Positions 8,869-16,083 of a stretch of DNA of 64,000 nucleotides are shown here, in pieces. Numbering within the stretch: the stretch's first letter is position 1; the number at the start of each line of letters is the position of its first letter. The DNA lies in contig JAMWCW010000001.1 in the NCBI GenBank assembly GCA_023819145.1, forward strand, positions 66,400 to 130,399, written 5' to 3'. The DNA comes from Candidatus Omnitrophota bacterium (GTDB lineage Bacteria; Omnitrophota; Gorgyraeia; DTHP01). Position numbers and translations under genes: made by a program. Under the pieces are notes generated by a model, which was not told the origin of the DNA, made no database searches, and worked only from the letters and a program-made list of their open reading frames with translations.

Positions 8869-10407
8869 ATGAGAAAAATATTTTTAGTTCTTTCTTTTTG
8901 TTTATTGTTTTTTCTATTTTGTCCTTTAAATTATAATTCTCAAGAATATTTTTCTTTCCGTAGAATTCATCGTAATCTTTTAATCACTGACCCACAACTT
9001 TTAGATGAGGCATATTTGTTGAATATCCTCCATATTGGGGGTGGATTGGGTTCCATTGTAGTCGATGCTCGTAGCGGAGAGCATATTGCGAGATTGAGTA
9101 TCTCTGGGAAAAGAATTATTAGTCGTGATGGTTTTAGCGTGCAGGATATTTTAAAAGGGATAGAAGAAGGGCGATTCGTTACTGTTACTCATCAAGAATT
9201 AGTTCAGAGGGCTCTTGAACATAGAGAGAATTGTGTGCTTGTCTTTACAGGTGGTGGAGATTCTGCGGGTATAAATGCAGTAATCAGTTCTGCAGTCCAA
9301 GGATTAAAGAAATTGAAACCAGAAATGACTGTTTTGGGTTTAAGAAACGCAGGAGCCAGTCTGGTGGTTTCTCCGGAAGAATTTCCCGAACATCTTGTTC
9401 TGATAGATGAATTATACGCTGAAGATGTTGCGGAACAGGGCAGTACTTTTTTGGGCTCTTCAAGGTATAATCCTTTTAAGAAAGCAGAAGATATGGCAAA
9501 GACTCTGGAAAACATAAAGGGTTTTGGAGCGTGGATTTCTACAGGAGGAGATGATAATCTTAAGGTTGCCCAGAGATTATCCCAGGAAAATCCGGAAATG
9601 GTGGTTTTGGCTACTGCCAAAACCATCGATGGTGATGTGATGGTTAATGGAAGAGGAGTGCAATGTTTGGGATTTGATTCAGCAGCGAAGATGTATCGGG
9701 ACGAAATTTATTCTATTGCCCAGAGTGCCAAAGCTCATGGAGAGAAAGAACAACCGCTGGTAATTGTGGTTGAGGTGTTTGGAAGGGATTCCGGAAGGTT
9801 GGCTTTTGAATCGGCGCGCCCCGATGACTTTTCCGGATTGAATGCGGAGGAAATTCGGAGACAAGTTGACCTTGCAGGAACGATAATGATCGTTGTTCCT
9901 GAGGAGAAACATGCTGACGGGACTCAAGCGACCATTGATGAATTAGTAAAAAGGGCAGAGGAAATTATTGCCCGCGAAAATGCAGTGGTAATAGTTGTTG
10001 CTGAAGGTTATCGGCCAGGAGATATGCCGGATATTGTAAAAACTTCTTCTAAAACAGATGCCTACGGACACGTTCAACTTGCCGGCATTGGTTCCGCGCT
10101 TGTTCCGGTTTTAGAAAAAAGAATTCCTAAAGCAAAAGTAAGAACCTCTCTTCTTAACTATGAAGGAAGGGGAACGCTTCCCAGCGAATACGATGTTACA
10201 TTGGGTTATAAGATTGGTTGGGAAATGGCTGAACTAATAGCCCAAGGAGTGACGGGTGGAAGGTTTGTAGGATATTTCAATGAAATGGATGCCCGTTTTG
10301 AACTGCCGGTGGTGCTGGAATTGGTGAATATCTCTAACCAGAATACCTTAGAGCTTTATCCCCGTCAAATATTAGAGAGGAATAGGGTTTTGGTGCTTGA
10401 TAGGTAA
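8869..10407 (+). CDS. pfk: phosphofructokinase, PPi-type by sequence determinants, with the leader and RR motif
   Basis: The RBS is aggaggg. Motifs are FTGGGDSAGINAVI, TGGDDN (Asp at the position equivalent to E. coli 104) and AKTIDGD (Lys at the position equivalent to 124). The leader is IFLVLSFCLLFFLFCPL...FSFRRIHR. Confidence 0.8.
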   Translation: MRKIFLVLSFCLLFFLFCPLNYNSQEYFSFRRIHRNLLITDPQLLDEAYLLNILHIGGGLGSIVVDARSGEHIARLSISGKRIISRDGFSVQDILKGIEEGRFVTVTHQELVQRALEHRENCVLVFTGGGDSAGINAVISSAVQGLKKLKPEMTVLGLRNAGASLVVSPEEFPEHLVLIDELYAEDVAEQGSTFLGSSRYNPFKKAEDMAKTLENIKGFGAWISTGGDDNLKVAQRLSQENPEMVVLATAKTIDGDVMVNGRGVQCLGFDSAAKMYRDEIYSIAQSAKAHGEKEQPLVIVVEVFGRDSGRLAFESARPDDFSGLNAEEIRRQVDLAGTIMIVVPEEKHADGTQATIDELVKRAEEIIARENAVVIVVAEGYRPGDMPDIVKTSSKTDAYGHVQLAGIGSALVPVLEKRIPKAKVRTSLLNYEGRGTLPSEYDVTLGYKIGWEMAELIAQGVTGGRFVGYFNEMDARFELPVVLELVNISNQNTLELYPRQILERNRVLVLDR

Positions 10408-10461
10408 AGAGATAACTTATTTTATTTGGCATTTTTAAAACAAATAGGTTTCTGAGTATTT

Positions 10462-11253
10462 GTGCGATATTTAATAATAAGAAAAATAGTAATTATTTTA
10501 TTTTTTTTGGCTCTTTCTCAGACAATAGTATTTTCTCCGGTGTATGCTCGCAGAGTGAAGTGGTTTGGGGGTGAGTTATCACTTCTTCAAGAAAATAATT
10601 TTTTTGTAGGGCTGGAAGATAGTTTGAAAGAGTTTGTTATTAAATTCGAGGATGCCAGAGTAATAAAATCTATCTCTCAGCCAGAGCCATTAGAAGGGGA
10701 TGCCCCTTTTGATTCCGGAGAAAAGATAGTTACCTATAAAATTGAGGTTTTGACAGATAAAGGGGTTAGCAGTTTAGTAGTGAAATTGGTAAGTAGCAGA
10801 GAAGCAAAAAATTTCTTAACTGCTTCTTTAAGGGGTGTTTCTCCAGGTCCAGCGATTTTTGTAGAACAGGGGTGGGAGAACAGAAATGGCGTTAGCGAAG
10901 GTTATTTAATCTATCGGTTCTTTGAAGGAGTGAAGTTAAGCGAAATTTGTAATCAGGAACAGGCAATTGATATCCTAAAGAATAATCTTTGGATTATTGA
11001 AGAATTAGGTATTAAACTTGCGAATTTAAAGAAAGCAGGGGTAAAATATAGAGATTTTTTATATTATAATACGCTTATTGATTTAGAAAAGAGAGCTCTT
11101 GTGATTGTTGATTACGGTGATAGGCATTGCGCTGATCCCTTTATTCAGGTAAGAGATTGGTGGTTGCCTTTGATGTTCAATACTGAACCCGAGATATTAG
11201 AGAAAGTTATTAGTTTATTTGTAGAAGTTTATCAGAGAGAATTAAATAATTAA
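10462..11253 (+). CDS. protein-kinase-like fold protein (RIO/Kdo/APH-like) with the leader and RR motif
   Basis: YRDFLYYNTLI resembles the HRD..N catalytic loop and IVDYGD resembles DFG. The start is GTG with a weak RBS. The leader is IVIILFFLALSQTIVFSPVYARRVKW. Confidence 0.45.
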   Translation: MRYLIIRKIVIILFFLALSQTIVFSPVYARRVKWFGGELSLLQENNFFVGLEDSLKEFVIKFEDARVIKSISQPEPLEGDAPFDSGEKIVTYKIEVLTDKGVSSLVVKLVSSREAKNFLTASLRGVSPGPAIFVEQGWENRNGVSEGYLIYRFFEGVKLSEICNQEQAIDILKNNLWIIEELGIKLANLKKAGVKYRDFLYYNTLIDLEKRALVIVDYGDRHCADPFIQVRDWWLPLMFNTEPEILEKVISLFVEVYQRELNN

Positions 11254-11325
11254 TGAGATTTGCTACTCTTAAAGAAATTATCTTGCGGCGAGAAATGATC
11301 ACAATTTTAAGGGGGAGGAAGTGAT

Positions 11326-13551
11326 ATGGGTATGAGGAAAATATTCATATTTTGTTTTATTCTCATAAAATTTGCCATCTTTTCATTTTCTTTTAATTTT
11401 TCCTCTTTAGAAATTATTGCGCATCGCAGAACTAAAATTTCTCCTTTAGTAGCAAATCATGAGTCTGTAAGGAAAGTTTTAGTAGATATTTTCTACAGAG
11501 CAGCAGGATTTCAAGGGGCTTTGCGCAGCGGAACAGCACAAGAACGGCGAGATATTTTAAACCAACCTGAGGTAAAGCGCGCTGTTTCTTTGCTCCAATA
11601 TGGTTTGAGTTTAGGAAGTACAACTTTAAGAAATCAAGTGGCTTATCTTGCTGAACGTTTAGGGATAAGCGCGAATCCCGCAGTAAATATTGGAATCTAT
11701 CAGGGAGAAGCCGAAATTTTTGATATTCTGGGAAATATCTTTATGCCTGAGGGAGATGGTTTAGTCTTTTATCAAAAAGGAACTGATAATCCCGAAACTC
11801 TTTTTAAGCCTTTTTTGGCTCGCTATGGAGCCAAAATATTTGAATTTGACCCTTACTTCGTAGAGCGCAATTCTACTCCCTCCTATTCTACAGAATTAAG
11901 CGGTTTTGAAGCGCTGATTTCTTTAGCTATTCAAGAGGGACAAAATCCGCGTTTTATCTATCTTAGCGGAAAAGGTTTAACCGAAGCGCAAGCAAGAAGA
12001 ATTTATGCTTTGGCAGAAACTTACAATCTTATAATTATTGAGGATATTACCAACGCAAACCCTACAGATTATCTACTTTCTGCAAACGATTCTCAAGGGA
12101 GAGTAATTTCCATCGGAAATTTTGACAAGTATTTAGGGGCTGCAAATCCTTTAAGTTATGCCATTGCGGGAGAAGAGATTATGCGTCTTATGGAAATTGC
12201 TATTGGCGGGATAAGTCTTCATCCCAATGCTTTTATTCAGCCGATAGTCTCGGAAATTTTAGCCCAAAACGGTATACCTTTCTCGGTAAATGTTTCCTAT
12301 AAACCCATCACTCTTTCTGAGAGTGTAAAAGCAATTCTTGCTTCAACAGGTGCAGACCAGCGCTTAAAACCCTCCATCATTAGAGAAATTCTTAAAGGGG
12401 CAGTTTCGGATATGGTGCGTATGGGAGGAGGGGTTCCTGCCGAGGAGTTCTTCCCTTATGTGGAAATTGCCCAGATTATAGAAAATATGAGCCCTGAGGA
12501 ATGGGAAAAGGTAATGGCTGGGGACCCGGCGATTAATTTAGAGTTGCGCAGTGTTTTTTGCCGGTGGCTTGAAGAAAGAGGAATAAAAGCTGACCCCCGT
12601 CAGGTTTTGGTAACCAATGGGAGCCAGCAGGGTTTGGATTTATTGGGAAGATGGGTGGGAAAAGAAGGAGTTGTTTTTGCCGAATCTCCTACCTATGTAG
12701 GAATGATTACGGGAGTTGCTCCTTACGGAGGCCTTCCTTATGGTAGAAATATTCGGCATTGGGATTTACGCACACTCACTGGATTAGAGAATTTAGAGAA
12801 AGAAATTGAAGAGAACTATCGAGGTAAAAAAATTGTTTTATATGTTACACCAAACTTTGGTAATCCTCCTTCAGGGAATATGTGGACGATTAGCGAAAGA
12901 AGGAATCTTCTGGCTTTTGCCCAGAGGATGCGCTTAAAGGGATACGATTTGCATATTGTAGAAGATGATCCTTATGGAGAACTAAATTATACTGGTCAAA
13001 GAATTGTAGATATCAAAGAGTTGGATACAAACGGAACAGTAATTTATTTCAACTCCAATTCCAAAGTCTTTTCTCCGGGAATGCGTGTGGGGTACATTGT
13101 GGCTGATGAGAAAATAATTCATGAATTTGCTTCTCTTATGGATGAAGTAGGTTCTTTTGTTCCTACACTCCCCCAACTTATTATTACTAAGTTTATCGAG
13201 ACAGGAGCGATGGATAGACATATTGAATTTTTGATTGGTGAATATTCAAAACGTGCACGGGCAATGGAAGAAGCTTTAGAGGAATTTATGCCTGAAGGTG
13301 TAACCTGGACAAAACCTGAGGGAGGGTTATTTATTACTTTAACTGTTCCCTGGGATATAGATTTTATGGCCATGCTTGAGGAGGCCAAAAATTACGCGAT
13401 TCCCTTTAACTTTGTTCCGGGTATCGCCTTTAGTGTGGATGGCTCAAGTGCTCATAAAATTCGTCTTTGCTTTTCCACAGAGTCTGAAGAAAGAATAACC
13501 TTAGGTATTAAGGCTTTTGCGGAGTTGATAAAAAAACACCTTGGCCAATAG
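11326..13551 (+). CDS. tandem class I/II PLP-dependent aminotransferase-fold protein with the leader and RR motif
   Basis: The second half has LVTNGSQQGLDLL, YVTPNFGNPPSG, IVEDDPYGEL and NSNSKVFSPGMRVGY (PLP Lys). The first half parallels it (IYQGEAEIFDIL, IIIEDIT, GNFDKYLGAANPLSY). The leader ends SSLEIIAHRRTKI. Confidence 0.75.
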   Translation: MGMRKIFIFCFILIKFAIFSFSFNFSSLEIIAHRRTKISPLVANHESVRKVLVDIFYRAAGFQGALRSGTAQERRDILNQPEVKRAVSLLQYGLSLGSTTLRNQVAYLAERLGISANPAVNIGIYQGEAEIFDILGNIFMPEGDGLVFYQKGTDNPETLFKPFLARYGAKIFEFDPYFVERNSTPSYSTELSGFEALISLAIQEGQNPRFIYLSGKGLTEAQARRIYALAETYNLIIIEDITNANPTDYLLSANDSQGRVISIGNFDKYLGAANPLSYAIAGEEIMRLMEIAIGGISLHPNAFIQPIVSEILAQNGIPFSVNVSYKPITLSESVKAILASTGADQRLKPSIIREILKGAVSDMVRMGGGVPAEEFFPYVEIAQIIENMSPEEWEKVMAGDPAINLELRSVFCRWLEERGIKADPRQVLVTNGSQQGLDLLGRWVGKEGVVFAESPTYVGMITGVAPYGGLPYGRNIRHWDLRTLTGLENLEKEIEENYRGKKIVLYVTPNFGNPPSGNMWTISERRNLLAFAQRMRLKGYDLHIVEDDPYGELNYTGQRIVDIKELDTNGTVIYFNSNSKVFSPGMRVGYIVADEKIIHEFASLMDEVGSFVPTLPQLIITKFIETGAMDRHIEFLIGEYSKRARAMEEALEEFMPEGVTWTKPEGGLFITLTVPWDIDFMAMLEEAKNYAIPFNFVPGIAFSVDGSSAHKIRLCFSTESEERITLGIKAFAELIKKHLGQ

Positions 13552-13608
13552 ATTTTTTTGTAATATTTATATCTCCCTTTGGTTATAGATAATAGGGGGG
13601 CGAGAAAG

Positions 13609-14769
13609 ATGAAGAAATACTTAAGAATTAGAGGGATATTTATTTTAGTAGTATTTGTAGTATTTTTATTTACGCTTTTGATTCCTGTAAAACATTCCTT
13701 GGCTTATCCCAGGAGTTATCCTTATTTAGTTTCTAATTCATTACCAGCTTTTTCCGCGCGAGGGTTTAATGAAGCGCTCTTAGCGCGAGTTTTGCGCGAG
13801 ATTATCATTATCTATAAATTCTTGGCTCAAATCGAAAGGGTTCTTAATGAAAGAGGAGAAAATGATTTTCCATCTTTAGGTAGGGTCATCGGAGACAGAC
13901 CTCAGGAGAGAGAAAATTCCCAAAATACTCCCCCCAAAAGAAGTAATTTAAGGGAAGAACCTGCGGGTAACCGTCATCTAGACCCAGAAAATCCTTCGGC
14001 AAAACTACCAGAAGGGTCATCTTCGTCACCTGCTGGTTCTCTAGGAAAGATAAAGATTGCGATTATTGATATTGACTCTAAGCACGCCGCAGAAGTAAAG
14101 GCGGTAATGGAAGAGACAATTCGGCGTAAGAATCCCGGGGCAAAAGTAGAAATTCGTACCATTATTCTTCCTGGCAAATGGCAAAGGGATGGTTCTAAAG
14201 CGGTGGCTACCAGTGATATTTTAGACGCTTTTGCAGAAGCCAAAGCTTGGGGCGCAAAGGTAATCAATATGAGTATTGGTGCACAAGGAGGTGTAGACGG
14301 TATAGTGCTTAGTGCCTTACGCGACCTTTCTGAAAGTGGCATTCTGGTAGTAGCGGCATCAGGTAATGAAGGTAGTTATGATGCTTGGGGGCAAGCTGGC
14401 CGATATGTCTTATCAGTGGGGGTAAGAGGTGCACCTTATTCCAATACCGCTGATTTATATGTCGATTGGGGAGAGCTTCCACCTGGATTAGAAGGCACAT
14501 CTTTTGCTGCTCCGATTATTGCTGCGGAAGCGGCTTTAGCCTGGTTAGAAAACCCTTCCCTTAACTTGGCAAGTTTGCCTTCTCAATTAGGTTCACGGGA
14601 CACAGTTTATGCCCGGAGTAATCCTCCGCAAAGAAGTTCGCAGGGGTTTCACACTTCGGCAATAGAGTTTGTAAGGCCACCTGTTGTTTTTTATACGCCG
14701 GTGGAAGAAATGCCTTTTTACGAACAGAGTTTTTATTCGCCTGTTGGCTGTTTTCCGTCTTTTTGGTAA
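13609..14769 (+). CDS. membrane-anchored S8 subtilisin-like serine peptidase
   Basis: Motifs are IAIIDID (Asp), SKHAAEV (putative His), VINMSIG, VVAASGNEGS (oxyanion Asn) and GTSFAAPIIAAE (Ser). The N-terminal helix is IFILVVFVVFLFTLLI. AYPRSY occupies the position where neighbouring genes have RR. Confidence 0.7.
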   Translation: MKKYLRIRGIFILVVFVVFLFTLLIPVKHSLAYPRSYPYLVSNSLPAFSARGFNEALLARVLREIIIIYKFLAQIERVLNERGENDFPSLGRVIGDRPQERENSQNTPPKRSNLREEPAGNRHLDPENPSAKLPEGSSSSPAGSLGKIKIAIIDIDSKHAAEVKAVMEETIRRKNPGAKVEIRTIILPGKWQRDGSKAVATSDILDAFAEAKAWGAKVINMSIGAQGGVDGIVLSALRDLSESGILVVAASGNEGSYDAWGQAGRYVLSVGVRGAPYSNTADLYVDWGELPPGLEGTSFAAPIIAAEAALAWLENPSLNLASLPSQLGSRDTVYARSNPPQRSSQGFHTSAIEFVRPPVVFYTPVEEMPFYEQSFYSPVGCFPSFW

Positions 14770-14876
14770 TTTTTGTTTGTTTTCTTCTAAATAAAGGGGA
14801 CACTTACTACCGACTCTTCATTGGTTGTAAGAAAGTAAAAGATATTAAACTTGAATTCCGAGGAGGTATTATATAA

Positions 14877-16064
14877 ATGAAAAATAGTAGAGGAAAGATT
14901 TATGTTATGTTTTTGGGTTTGTTATTTTTCTTTCTTAACTCATTATTATATTTAGACTTATCTGCGGGATGCTCTTTCCGGCGAATCAAAACTCAACCTG
15001 CCAAAGAATCTGCGCTGGTGCTTTTTTTCCACGAATTAGGTAGAGAAGATATTTTTTTAGTGGGAGGAAAAGGGGCAAATTTGGGAGAACTTTCGCATAT
15101 TGCCGGGATAAGCGTTCCCGAGGGGTTTGTAGTTACCACCACCGCTTTTCAAAAATTTTTAGATGCCAACCCTGGATTACAAGATAAAATTATCAGGATT
15201 ATAAATAGTATAGATTGGGATACCCCTTCCAGTATAAACTCTGCTGCGGAAAAGATAAAAGAAGCGGTTTTGCGTGCGAACATGCCGCGAGAGATTATTG
15301 AGATGATTAAAGCAGGTTATGGCCATTTAGAAGAGATCTCCGGAATAAAGGATGTGCCCTGTGCTGTAAGAAGTTCGGGAGTTGCTGAGGATTCTCCTAA
15401 CTTTTCTTGGGCAGGTCAATTCCGCACTGAATTAAATCAGAGGGGAATATATCAGGTTTTAGAGGCGGTTAAATTAATCTGGGCAGAGTTGTATAATCCT
15501 GATGCCCTTACCTATGGACATCAGAATGGTATCGACCCGCGCAAATTTTCTATGGGAGTGGTAATTCAGCGGATGATAAATTCAGAGAAATCAGGAGTGG
15601 CTTTTGGACTGGAGTCCGATACAGGTTTTCGTGCCAATCCCGGAGGAATGGAAGGAGTTTTTTATATTGAAGGGGTTTATGGTTTAGGTGAAGGGATGGT
15701 GCAAAATATTCAAGAACCTGATGGATTTTTGGTAGTAAAGATGCCTAATGGTGAATTTAAAATTATTGAACGCATTTTCGGTTCCAAAAGAGAACAGATA
15801 GTTTATCGGTCTGGAATGAGTGGGACAGAGAAAACTTCGGTTCCCGAAGAATGGCGTCAGAGATGGGTTTTTTCAGAAGCAGAGGTGTTAGAGATTGCTC
15901 GTGCAGTTTTTGCCTTAAATAGCCACTATAATCATCCCCAGGATGTAGAATTTGCCTGGGAAGGAGGAAAACTATACATATTACAATCACGCAATGAGAC
16001 AGTTCATGCAGATAAACCAGTAGATTTAATTGAATGGAGAAAGTTTAGAATTAACCTTAAATGA
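14877..16064 (+). CDS. PEP synthase (pyruvate, water dikinase) N-terminal ATP-grasp module as a separate polypeptide, with the leader and RR motif
   Basis: VGGKGANLGELS is the PPDK_N signature. The protein ends after the nucleotide-binding domain. The leader is VMFLGLLFFFLNSLLYLDLSAGCSFRRIKTQP. Confidence 0.75.
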   Translation: MKNSRGKIYVMFLGLLFFFLNSLLYLDLSAGCSFRRIKTQPAKESALVLFFHELGREDIFLVGGKGANLGELSHIAGISVPEGFVVTTTAFQKFLDANPGLQDKIIRIINSIDWDTPSSINSAAEKIKEAVLRANMPREIIEMIKAGYGHLEEISGIKDVPCAVRSSGVAEDSPNFSWAGQFRTELNQRGIYQVLEAVKLIWAELYNPDALTYGHQNGIDPRKFSMGVVIQRMINSEKSGVAFGLESDTGFRANPGGMEGVFYIEGVYGLGEGMVQNIQEPDGFLVVKMPNGEFKIIERIFGSKREQIVYRSGMSGTEKTSVPEEWRQRWVFSEAEVLEIARAVFALNSHYNHPQDVEFAWEGGKLYILQSRNETVHADKPVDLIEWRKFRINLK

Positions 16065-16083
16065 AAAAAGGGGGAGATAAATA

